Below are positions 52,599 through 64,000 of a stretch of DNA of 64,000 nucleotides, piece after piece (the stretch's first letter is position 1; every line of letters starts with the position of its first letter). The notes under the pieces are model-generated. The model searched no databases, was not told the DNA's origin, and saw only the letters and a program-made list of their open reading frames with translations. Origin of the DNA: Hypanus sabinus (Eukaryota); the NCBI RefSeq assembly GCF_030144855.1, contig NC_082715.1, positions 100,440,001-100,504,000 on the forward strand. The letters are read 5' to 3'. The translations under genes and the position numbers were made by a program.

Positions 52599-54789
52599 AA
52601 TTTTCTAATGATTAATGCAACTTATTTTACTTTCCTCCACCCAAAATGCTACAGGGGCTCTCTCCTCCCTCTTTTTCTCTTTCTCTCCATCATGTGTATA
52701 GCTGGTACTGTTGGGATGGTGTTGGAATATTTATTAAGCAAAACCAAACATTTTACCTCAAAGCTGGGAAGACATAGCACAGGTAGAACATTGTGGATTA
52801 CAGATGTGTTTACATTGTTATTGTCTACACTTCATGGCAAAAAGAGATAACAATCTACCAACCTCACAGAGCAGATTCGTAACCACCCCTCTTCACAAAG
52901 AGAATGGCAATGCAGAGAAGGTAGTCCAACTAGTAGACCTCAATGTCTATCACCAAACGCGAGTCTGTAGCACCAGTACTAAGTGAATTGGCTAATTCCT
53001 CTAAACCAAATCTACAAGACTACTGGCAAGAGTGATAACATGGAGTACCACCTCTACCTTGTCATCAACAATCCATTGGTCACAACTGCACCATTGCCTT
53101 TGCCAATTTGCCCACTGTATCTAGGGGATAGAAATGTAGATAAAGTAGAAATCTGAATAAGTAAGTACTGTCCACAGAAGCAGGACAAATCTAGTGCAGT
53201 TAATTGCCATCCCATTAGACTACTTTCAATTAGTGGTAAATCGATGGTAGGTAGCAACACTAATGTTTGAAGCAAAACTTGCTTGCTAGTAACCTAATGA
53301 CTGGTGCAATACACACAAAGTGCTGGAGGAACTCAACAGGTCAAGTAGTATCTAAGGAAAAGAGTAAACTGTCACCACTTTGGGCTGACACCCTTTTTCA
53401 GGACTGAGAAGGAAGGGGGAAGATTCCTGAATAAAAAGGAGGGGGAAGGGAAAGAGGCTAGTTGGGAGGTGATATGTGAAGCCAGGTGGGTGGGAAAGGT
53501 CAAGTGCTGGAGAAGAAAGGATCTGAGAGGAGAGGAGAGTGGACAGTAAGATAAAGGGAAAGAGAAGGAGACCCGGGGGAAGTAATAAGAGTGTGAAGAG
53601 AAGGTGGAATTTGTTAAACAGTCAACATTTCAGGCAGAGACCCTTTTGTCTGGCTTCTGCCAGAACTAATCAGTTCCAGACATTATTACAACCTTGACAC
53701 AAATGGAATCATAGAAAGGTTACAGCATGAAAAAAGACATCCAGCTCAGAGTCTAAGCCAATTCCTACCCAAGAGCAAGCTAGTGAAAAATCTAATGATA
53801 TAATGATCCAAGTAAGGAGATTTATCTACAGACTTTGTAATACCATGTGTAGTCAATGAAATCCCCTTGGTCAGAATCTCAGACCTCAGATTGTTTGTGC
53901 TTGTGGAAGAGGGTTTTTTTTAATAGTCATTAAAGTACATCCCACACAACTTCAATATTTCAGTAAACAATGAGTAGTGAAGATCTATGTTGGTCAACTG
54001 GACTTTCAAAAGGCGCTGCCTCAAAAAGATGGCATCCGTCATTAAGGACCTCCATGACTCAGGACATGCCCTCTTCTCAGTGCTACCATCAAGGAGGAGA
54101 TACAGGAACCTGAAGACACGGACTCAATGTTTCAGGAACAGCTTCTTCTCCTCCACCATCAGATTTCTGAATGGACAATTAAACCATGAACACTACCTTG
54201 GTATTTTCTTTCCCTCTCTTTTTGCACTGCTTATTTAATTTAAACACAGATTCTGCAGATGCTGGAAATCCAGGGTAACACACACAAAATGCTGGCATAA
54301 CTCAGCAGTTCAGGCAGCATCTATGGAGAGGAATAATCAGTCAATGTTTTGCCTTTGAGGACTTTGGACCTAAATGTCAACTGTTCATTCCTCTTCATAG
54401 ACACTGCCTGACCCATTTGTCACTGTGAGTCATGTGTTCATTATTGGTTTCAATTGAATGTCTGACAATGTTGAAGCTATTCTCGGTACTTCTGGTTGCT
54501 TTTCCATTAATGCAAGACATTATGTTTTAAAGGGCCCTTCACATTGCTGTCAGGGTACTCCAAAAGCCCTTTAAGATATAAATACTATTGCAGGGTAATC
54601 AGTATTGAAATGTGGGTACTGGACACGAAAAGAAATGTGAAGAAGAATAAATAGCCTACTTATTGTGACATTGATTGTCACACTGTTTAGATATCATTAA
54701 TATACTGTAAGGTATCATCAGGTGTCCAGTGCTAACCACATTTTCCTCAAGTAGCTCGGTTGGTAAAAATCAAGTCAAATCAAATCTTT

Positions 54790-56370
54790 AGAAAAAGGTG
54801 ACATAAGGTTGGAAGATGTTCAATCATTGTGGATAGAGCCAAGGAACAGCAAGGGTAAAAAGACCCTGATGGGAGTTATATTGAGACCCACAAACAGTAG
54901 TACGGATATGGTCTCCAAATTACAACAGTAGAAAGAAAATGCATGCCAAAAGGGCAATGTTACAATAGTCATGGGACTTATGTAGGTAGATTTGGAAAAT
55001 CAGTTTGGTGCTGGCTTCCATGAGGGGTAATTTCTAGATTGCCTTCAAGATGGCTTTTTAGAGCAGGTCTTGGTTGAGCCCACCAGGGGATCAGCTACTC
55101 TGGATTGGATGTTGTGTAATGAACCAGAATTGATTAGAGACCTTAAAGTAAAAGAACCATGAGGAGCAAGTGATCATAATATGATCAAATTCACCCTGAA
55201 ATTTGAGAGGGAGAAGCCAATGTCAGATGTACCAGTATTACAATGGAGTAAAGGGAAGTACAGAGGCAAGAGAGGCTTTGGCCAGAATTGGTGGGAAAAC
55301 AACACTGGCAATGATGACAGCAGAGCAACAAAGGCTGGAAAGGAGAATCGGTTAATGTTATGTACTCAAACTTTCCAAAGGCCTTTGACTAAGTGCCACA
55401 CATGAAGCTCCTTAGCAAGCCACAAAGAACATGGTGTTACAGGAAAAATTCTAGCATGGCTGATTGGAAGGAGGAACAAAGGGAGGCTATTCTGGTTGAC
55501 TGCCGGTGACTAGTGTTATTACACAGGGTCTGTGTTTAAACTGATTCTTTTTACCTGATATGTAAATGATTTGGTTGATGGAATTGATGGCTTTGTTGCA
55601 AAGTTTGCAGATGGTATGAATATAGGTGGAGGAGCAAGTAGTTTTGAGGAAGTAGAGAGGCTGCAGAAGGACTTAAGACAGATTAAGAGAAAGGGCAAAG
55701 AAATGGCAGATGGAATACAGTGTTGGGAAGTATATGGTCATGCACTTTGGTGGAAGAAATGAAAAGGTCGACTATGTTAGCATTCATTTTAAGAGGACTA
55801 GAATATAAAAACAAGGATGTAATGTTGAAACCTCACTTAGAGTACTGTGAGCAGTTTTGGGTGAGGCCTCCCTTGGATTACTATGAGCAGTTTAGGGTCC
55901 CTTATTTTAGAAAGGATATGCTGAAACTGGAGAGGGTTCAAAGGAGATTCACAAAAATGATTCTAGGTTTGATGGCTCTGAGCCTGTATTCACTGGAATT
56001 CAGAAGAATTAAGGGTGACCTCAATGACACTTGTGTAATGGTGAAAGGGCTTGGTAGAGTGGTTGTGGAGAGGATGTTTCCTATGGCAGGAGAGACCAGA
56101 GGACACAGCCTCAGAATAGAGGGGCATCCTTTTAGAATGTAGATGAGGAGGAATTTCTTTAGCCAGAGAGTGGTGAATCTGGGGAATTCTTTGCCACAGG
56201 CAGCTGTGGAGGACAAGTCTTCATGTATATTTAAGGCAGAAGTTTATATACATACATATCTTTAAGTTCAGGGCATGAAGGGATTTGGGGAGAAGGCAGA
56301 AGATTGGGGCTGAGGAAAATTGTATCAGGCATGATGAAATGGCCTAGTTCTGTTCCTATATTTTATAGTT
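54790..56370 (+). mobile_element. Heavily deleted CR1 LINE
   Basis: APE remnants (SDHNMI.F), AKFAD, PHLEYCEQFW and TRGHSL motifs. Confidence 0.8.
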
Positions 56371-56429
56371 ATGGGTTAGCATAATAGCAATCGCATGAAT
56401 GACAGCAATGCTTACCATCAGATGAACTC

Positions 56430-57962
56430 AACACCTTCTATGACCGCTTTGAAAGGGAGAATATAACTACAGCTGTGAAGATCCCTGATGCACATGATGA
56501 CCCTGCGATCTCTGTCTCAGAGACCAATGTTAGGATGTCTTTAAAGAGAGTGAGCACTTGCAAGGTGGAAGGTCCCGATGGAGTACCTGGTAAGGCTCTG
56601 AAAACCTGTGCCAAACAACTGGTGGGAGTATTCATCGACATTTTCAACCTCTCTTTGCTACGTGCAGAAATTCCCACTTACTTCAAAAAGGCAACAGTTA
56701 GAGCAGTGCCTAAGAAGAATAATGTGAGCTGTCTTACTATCACATAGTAGCACTCAGATCTACAGTGATGAAGTGCTTTGAGAGGTTGGTCATGACTAGA
56801 ATGAACTCCTGCCTCATCAAGGAACTGGACCTATCGCAATTTGCTCAGCATTTAATACCATCATTCCCACAATCCTGATTGAGAAATTGCAGAACCTGGG
56901 CCTCTGTACCTCCCTCTGCAGTTGGATCCTTGACTTCCTAACCAGAAGACCACTATCTGTGTGGATTGGTGATAACATATCCTCCTTGCTGACGATCAAC
57001 ACTGGCACAGTTCAGGGGTGTGTGCTTAGCCCACTGCTCTTATCTCTCTATACCCATGACTGTGTGACTAAACCTAGCTCAAATACCATCTATAAATTTG
57101 CTGGCAATACAACCATTGTCGGTAGCATCTCAGGTGGTGATGAAGGGCGTACAGGAGTGAGATATGCGAACTAGTGGAGTGGTGTTGCAGCAACAACCTG
57201 GCACTCAACACCAGTAAGTCAAAAGAGCTGATTGTGGACTTCCTGAAGGGCAAGACGAAGAAACACATACCAATCCTCAGAGGGATCTGAAGTGGAGAGA
57301 GTGAGCAGTTTCAAGTTTCTAGGTGTCAAGATCTGAGGATCTAACCTGGTCCCAATGATGCAGTTATAAAGAAGACAACGACTATACTTTGTTAGGAGTT
57401 TGAAAAAAATTTGGTACGTCAACAAATACACTCAAAAGCTTCTATAGATGTACCATGGAGAGCATTCTGACAAGCTGCATCACTGCCTGGTATGGGGGAG
57501 GGGGAGGTACTGCACAGGACAGAAAGAAGCTGTAGAGGGTTGTAAATTTAGTCAGCTCCATCTTGGGTACTAGCCTGCAAAGGACATCTTCGAGGAATGG
57601 TGTCTCAGAAATTCAGTGTCAATTATTAAGGACCTCCAGCACCCAGGACATGCCCTTTTCTCACTGTTACTATCAGGTAGGAGGTATAGCAGCCTGAAGG
57701 CACACACTCAGTGATTCAGGAACAGCTTCTTCCCCTCTGCCATCCGATTCCTAAATGGACATTGAAGCTTTGGACACTACCTCAATTTTTAAATATATAG
57801 TATTTCTGTTTTTTTGCACAATTTTTAATCTATTCAATGTACGTATACTGTAATTTATTATTAGATTTTAGTTTTACTTCTACATTATGTATTGCATTGA
57901 ACTGCTGCTGCTAACAAATTGCCCGTCACATGCCGGTGATAATGAACCTGATCCCGAATCTG
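56430..57962 (+). mobile_element. Rex/Babar-type LINE 3' portion
   Basis: [48 protein letters not shown]; 3' UTR ends ...gataatgaacctgatcccgaatctg. Confidence 0.8.
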
Positions 57963-58203
57963 CCTACTGCGGTCGGTAGGAAGAGGCGTGATGTCTGCCA
58001 GAGGTTGGTGGCGCTGCCGATTCTCTGGGCCCACAGGTGCGGCCTGGGCTCAGCTTGGTTTCTACAGCTTCTTGGCGGGAGGGGACGGCCATCTGTGAAA
58101 GTATACGGGTTAATTATTTGGTATGGTTTTATTTTACATTGCATCATAATAAAAAGTTCTTTAAAGAGGGAAAATAAATTCAGTTGATTCCTGCGAGGTG
58201 AGT
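57963..58203 (+). promoter_or_regulatory. SMIM8: CpG-rich promoter / non-coding first exon region of SMIM8
   Basis: Local CpG/GC enrichment in AT-rich surroundings about 1.6 kb upstream of the coding exon. Candidate donors CAG|gtgcgg (58037) and GAG|gtgagt (58198). Confidence 0.6.
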
Positions 58204-59688
58204 GGAACGTAACCCACTGTGGAGGAGGAATTGTGTACAGCTTGAGGAAGGGCCCTCCTACAACTCAGGGTGTAGTTCCCACTCCTGCATCTGTCTGGGA
58301 AGGTTTATATTAATACAGCATTTGGGAACTGCCGAACAACAAATCCTTCTGTTGATCTTGTTTTGCTTAAATAATTACCAGTGGCCGTTTCTGTTTTAAA
58401 ACTTGGTATAAAAGCGAGAACACTGTTGTTCTAAGTTTTATTGTTTTGCATGGCCATGATTCGCTACTATTACCCGTACATTTTTAAAAAAATCTTCACC
58501 CTTCACTCTCAATTCGTTTTTACTCTAATCATCCTATTTTACTTTCCTCTTTCTCTCTGTCTTGCCATTACATATTATTTCGCTCTCGTTTTATTGCAAG
58601 TTTCTTGAGCCCAATTATTCCCTTCATTGAGCAGACTAGGGGCAAATGATACTGGAGAATGGGGGAGAAGTTTTTTTTCGATCTAAATTCGTGCCCATAG
58701 GCATATTGTTTCAGTCTTTCTCGGGATTATTGAACATGCAAATTTGTGGAAATTGGGTGGGGACTGTTTGGTCAATTTACGAACGATTGAGTTTTTGTTA
58801 ATAGTCAAAGCAACCATAACTCAGATTTTTGCCGCTCTGGATTGAAATACATTGTTAATTAGTGGACTGAGACTAGAGGATAAGACTTCGTCATTGAGTT
58901 TTGGCAAACTGAAGCAAGGCAATATCGACTTAAAGAAAGCACGTGAATTAACTGCTGACGAAGAAAACAACAATTTACTGTACCTTGCACACTCAACTGT
59001 CTCAGATACTAAACAAGTCATACTCAATACAGGTCAAGCACATCTATAGAGGAGAAATAAACAGCTGAGGTTTCAGAGAGAGACCCTTCATCACACCTCA
59101 GCCCAAAATGTACACTCATTTTTCCTCTCCGTAGATGCTGCTTAGCTTGCATTTTATGTCTCTTGCTCTGGTTTTCCAGCATCTGAAGAATCTTGTGTTT
59201 ATATTTATTTTAAGTTTGTTCTTAAGATATGTTAAAGATGCATGCCTTTAGCAAGTTTCTATAATGCAGTGCCCATTTATTGTCCACACACTGCAATTTG
59301 GCTTAGAGGGCTGAGCTGTGATATTAAGGCATCCAGATCCTTTTATTGCTGTAACATTAACATAAAAGTATTGTACATTTATTTGCATCCTACTTTCCAA
59401 CCCTCATCATTACTTGTTTTAATTAACTGCAAATAAACTCTAATAAAATAGGCTTTCCCCTTAAATCTTAGTATTTTTTTCCACTCCAGGAATTTTTAAT
59501 CCCCATTACAAGTTTAAATTTGAGAACTTTCATCACTAGCTGAGTTGACGTCTTTTTAGTGATCACCAATCAATTTATAGCTTCTCATTTATCCAATCCT
59601 AAAATGGCTGCAGAATACATAAAAGCGGGAGAATCAAGAATTAATTTTCCCTTTAAATCATGTACAGGATCAAAAATTGGACTTTGAA

Positions 59689-59823
59689 ATGTCATCTTCA
59701 CCGGACCCTACAGATGCAAAGACAGAGCCTCCAAAGAGTACTGGTTATAAAAGTCCGGGACTGAGGGGAATACGAACCACCAGCCTTTTCCGAGCCGTCA
59801 ATCCAGAGCTCTTCATTAAACCT
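59689..59823 (+). CDS. SMIM8: Small integral membrane protein 8, first coding exon (45 codons); remainder lies outside the window
   Basis: [45 protein letters not shown] closely matches the vertebrate SMIM8 N-terminus ([22 protein letters not shown]). Acceptor tgtacag| gives exon start 59668; phase-0 donor CCT|gtaagc at 59824. Confidence 0.93.
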
Positions 59824-61070
59824 GTAAGCTATTTTCACTTTTATTTGCATATTAATGTTTTAAAAATTTTTTATGGCATTCAGTGTGGATGATTTGGGAA
59901 CCAAGGCAATAGAAGAGTAGGCTCTCAGTATTGTAAATTCAAAACCCTGAGCTATCTTCTATATTTTCAGACACTGATAACCTGAAAATGGAAAATGCTG
60001 GAATGTCCGAGAAGTTAAACACTGTAGAGAATAAAATGGGAATTAATGTTTCATCAGAAATGAGGAAAATCGGAAATCTTAAGTTGTAGGGAAAGGGGTG
60101 ATGAGCAGGGAGAACAAAAGCAAAGGTCTTGCCTTGGATGGAATCCAGAAGGGATTGAATTGTGTGTGATGGTGTCAGCTGAGGGTGATTTAGGTGTGTC
60201 TGAGAAGGTATATAAAACATTAAGTATCAAAAAGGAGGAGAGAATAAATTATGATACAACACTGGCAGTGTAGAGTTCCGGAAATCATTGAATTCGTTTG
60301 AGTTCTGAGTTTCGTAATGTACCAAAAGATTGAGTGCCGTGTCTCAAGCCTTTGTTGGAACAGCGTGGGAGGTTATTCCAGTCATGCATCTCACATTTCT
60401 GGTATTCTTTTCCTTAGGCTATTTCGTAATTCAGATTTAATTTGTCTCTTACCCTCACCTCTTCCTGACATACCTTTACCACCTCTTTCAAACTGGCATA
60501 TCAACCCTATGTCTCTCATCTATCCTGGTCTCCACACTACCTCTTCTTCCTTACTCTCTATATTCAGAAATATTTCATTTTCAAACTTTACTGAGTTCTA
60601 ATGGAATTCAGTTGACGTGAATCATCATCTTTCCTCTCCCCCGTTTCTGTTTTCTGTAATTTCTCTTTTTGTATATTTTTAATCTTTCAATCTTCTACTG
60701 TCAGCAGAATTCCATCAATTGATAAGCTTTGCCTACTTTCCACCTTTCTCAAAACTGAGACTGGGATGAATGTGGGTCCCCTGTATCATTTTGCTGGCTG
60801 TTCATAGAGTGATTTTGGCCAAGTGGCTCAGATCAGACTGACCGTAACTGCTGTGTTGGCTCATGAAGGAATGTAGGCTTGGTCTCCCGAATGCATGAAT
60901 CCTTCTTCTTAGTGCTAGTTGGAAGAACTGGTGTGGATCAGTTTGAGTATGAAATTTTCCCCTCAGTCCTTTTACCGTATTGTGAAAATCATGCATTTTT
61001 GTCAATGTATGTTGTGGAAAATAGAAAAAATTCTGTGGTATGGAAACAGGTCTCCTGATGGTTATATCAA

Positions 61071-62420
61071 TAGTACTGTGTAAAAGTCTTAGGCAATATA
61101 TTAAAAAATCTGAAAAGCAAAGATGCTTTCAAAAATAATGAAATGAAAAGTTTCTAATTGTCAAAAAATTACTGTAAAGAGCAGTAAACTTTTAAAAAAA
61201 CTAAATCAAATCAATTTTTGGTGTGACCACCCTTTGCCCTCCATCAGTTCTCTTGGGTACACTGTCATGCAGTTTTATAAGAAAATCAGCTGGTAGGTTG
61301 TTACAGCCATTTAGGAGAACTTGCCCCAGTTCTTCTGCAGACTTTGGCTGTCTCACTCACTTCTGTTTCTCAAGGTTGTTGAGGACTTCTTGTTTTCAGT
61401 GAAGATAGTTCTTTTTGACCTTAGTCATGTGTTTGGGCCCATTTTCCTGCTGCAGTGGGAAGTTGGGACCAATCAGACACCTCCCTGACGGTATTGCATG
61501 ATAGATGAGAATCTGTACTTCTCAGCATTGAGAATTCCATTAATTCTGACCAAATCACCAACTTCATTTGTAGAAATGCAGCCTCAAACCTGCAGGGAAT
61601 CTCCTCTGTGCTTCACTGTTGGCTGCAGATAATCATCCATCTTGTGCTCCCCAGCTCTTATATGGACAAATTGCCTTTTGTCTGAGCCAGAAATTTTAAA
61701 TTTTGACCTGTTAGTCCAGAGCAGTTGCTGCCATAGTTCAGCAACCCACTCCTTGTGTTTGTGTGTGTAGGTGAGTATCTTGGCTTTGTTCCCACTTTGG
61801 AGGAATGGCTTTTTGGCAGCAACTTTCAAGACCACTTCTGACAAAATGTCTCCAAACCATAGAAGAGTGCACTTCAGTTCTAGTGATTTCTGGGAGTCCA
61901 GAGCTGATAGCAGTGTTGGGCATCTTCCAATTCAGAAGGGGATATCAGTTTGATGTTTCTCTCGTCTGCTGCACTGTCTCCATGGCCGACCGCTGCATTT
62001 CTGGTCCTCATCCTTGCCTGTTACTTTGTGCCTCTTCAAACCTCTTTAAACTCCTGTCTGCTGTGAAATTTCTGCTGGGAGTAGACCTTGCTGATGCAGG
62101 ATGATCACCTTATGTCTTGTTGCTGTGCTCAATTTTGCCATGATGTAAAAATTGATGATTTGAAGGTTAAACTGTCACATCTGCACACCCTCATCTTTTA
62201 GTTTGGTTTCCTTCAAGTTCGACTTAAACACTGATTTCTGTTTCAGTTAATCAGTTTAGTTAATTTAACTCATTTGTTAAATATTTGTTACCTTTGCTTA
62301 ATCACACACTGGGCTATATACTTACAAAATAATTAAGCTTTTATTTGAAAAGTGGTCTAATACTTCATGTTACTCTCTTTAACAAAATACAAAAAATCTC
62401 TAACATACTTTTCTGTTGAA
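61071..62420 (-). mobile_element. Degenerate Tc1/mariner DNA transposon
   Basis: Transposase remnants KKPFL, LWTNRSKF (WTDESKF), TVKHRG and QQENGPKH on the minus strand. TIR tagtactgtgtaaaagtcttaggca at 61071-61095; the second TIR was not found. Confidence 0.8.
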
Positions 62421-64000
62421 GTATATTGATGAGGAGTGTATGGACCAAGGGTTGGAAAGTGGGATTAACTTGAATGTACATCTTGGTTAGCTTAGTTCAT
62501 ATGGACCGAGGAACCTTTTTGTGTTGTAAGCACGATGACCTATTCTCCTTCTTAAGCCCATCAGCCCTACTGTGGCATAGGCTGTCAACACCAGCTTGCC
62601 AGAGTCCTCTGCCTTGGCCTAGTCTTTCAAGTCATCCCCAGATGTTGCCTATCTTTGAAGGTCCTTCCTCTCCTGGGGCTGAGGTCTTTGAAGCCTCTGT
62701 TGGCGTTCCTATAGCACTGGGTTTTTTAAAAAAAAGGATGGGGTTGCTAGCCCCATGCCCAACCTTCTCCTTTTGCGGCCAGGCTTGGGACCATCCATGG
62801 TGGGATTGCTGTGATCTATTAAGCTCTATTAAATCCTCCAAAGGTAATGGAAGTAAACTAAATCAATGTCACTATCCGCTCCCTACTAACACCCAGCAAT
62901 GAGCCCAGGTTGCATTCTGTTAACTCCATTGGACAGACCATGTCATTCACATGTCTGGGTCCAGACCCTAAACCAGATATTCTATTCCAATCACTGTCAT
63001 GGGAAGACATTAGCCAATTAATAGCGGAAAAGCCCCTTTGAATTTCACAAAATTCTCATTAGCTCCTAGAAATATCTGGCTCACAATCACTCAAAATGGA
63101 AGACTATTCACCTTGATGCTTAGAACCTCATGCCCTTTTAATTGGGATCACACAGGAGCACTGAATAAGCAGAAAAGGAATGCACCACCTCACAAACTAT
63201 CCACCTTCCTCCCCCATCACACATCCCTGGTCCCACCAGCAGAAGAGTCTGTGGCTCTTACATTGGCCTCATTAGTCATTTCAGAATCTACATGACATGG
63301 AGTGAAAGCAAGTCATCATTGATCCTGGGGGGGGGGGGGAGAGAGAGATGGTCGAAAGAGCCTATACTTCCACAGAGCACATTCATTAGTATAAACTGTC
63401 AATAGCTTGGAACTCAATACTAACACTTGTGCTGACTTCTAGGAATAATTTGCAACCCTAAAAATGGTCTTATTTAATCCTGTTATCATAGTGTTTTAAG
63501 GACAGAAACCACTTTCTGCTTTGTCCTGAAATTAAAATATTATCTATCAGCATCTTAAACCTAAACCTGTAAACCCTTATTTACTGTAACAATTTTTATT
63601 GTGATTTATCAATTGCCTTTTGAAAATTTAGGTATTTAATAAACATTAGTTCCACTTGAAGTAACTTGCTGCTTGAATTCTCAAAACTCTAATAGGTTTG
63701 TCAAAAATATCCTCTCATAAAATTATGACTGCTCTCATCAATCTGTTCTCTTGCCGCTCTGTAACAATATTGATAACACTGGATAGAGCATTAGGAGAGC
63801 ACAAAGCATCATAGGACTGACTGCAGGCCAAGAAAGAACAAACTAAGCAATTTTTTAAATGACATGGTGAAGGAGCCTACAAAAGGTAAGTGACCACATC
63901 ATAAACACAAATGTGAGCACTGAGGACAAATACAAAGAAAACACTTTGTAATTTATAAGTGAAGTAGTCTTCCTAATTTTAGTTCAGACCACCAATAATA

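Noticed and set aside
28100-57900. GJB7 non-coding first exon and promoter
   Set aside because: Expected somewhere in this interval or near SMIM8, but it cannot be located from sequence alone.
59677-59892. 71-aa ORF taken as the complete SMIM8
   Set aside because: It starts at a non-ATG codon and reads through the donor at 59824 into intron. The transmembrane-coding exon (NKPVM...) was not found in the window.

Overview
Vertebrate nuclear genomic DNA. The repeat content (CR1, Rex/Babar, Nimb, Penelope-derived foldbacks) suggests a cartilaginous fish; this is an inference. Recognisable genes: an intact single-exon beta-connexin CDS on the minus strand (27116-27865, best read as GJB7/Cx25) and the first coding exon of SMIM8 (+, 59689-59823) with an upstream CpG-rich first exon. 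The GJB7(-)/SMIM8(+) arrangement matches what I recall of the human locus. A CpG island at ~2.2-2.6 kb carries a candidate first exon of an unidentified minus-strand transcript, with a candidate second exon at 1401-1547. The rest is mostly decayed transposable elements: two Nimb/I-group LINEs, a near full-length esterase-ORF1 CR1, a Ty3/gypsy LTR element, two solo LTRs, Tx1 and L1 LINEs, Rex/Babar LINEs, a Tc1 element with tiny MITEs, and many Penelope-derived foldback repeats. Most interesting signals: (i) minimal hammerhead-ribozyme motifs dispersed by the Penelope-derived repeats; (ii) a CTCF-consensus motif at a similar 3'-end position in two divergent Nimb LINEs; (iii) a Nimb insertion with TSD that split a CpG-island promoter, next to a minisatellite of NRF1-like sites; (iv) an L1 with a twin-priming 5' inversion. 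TE boundaries are approximate unless a TSD is given.
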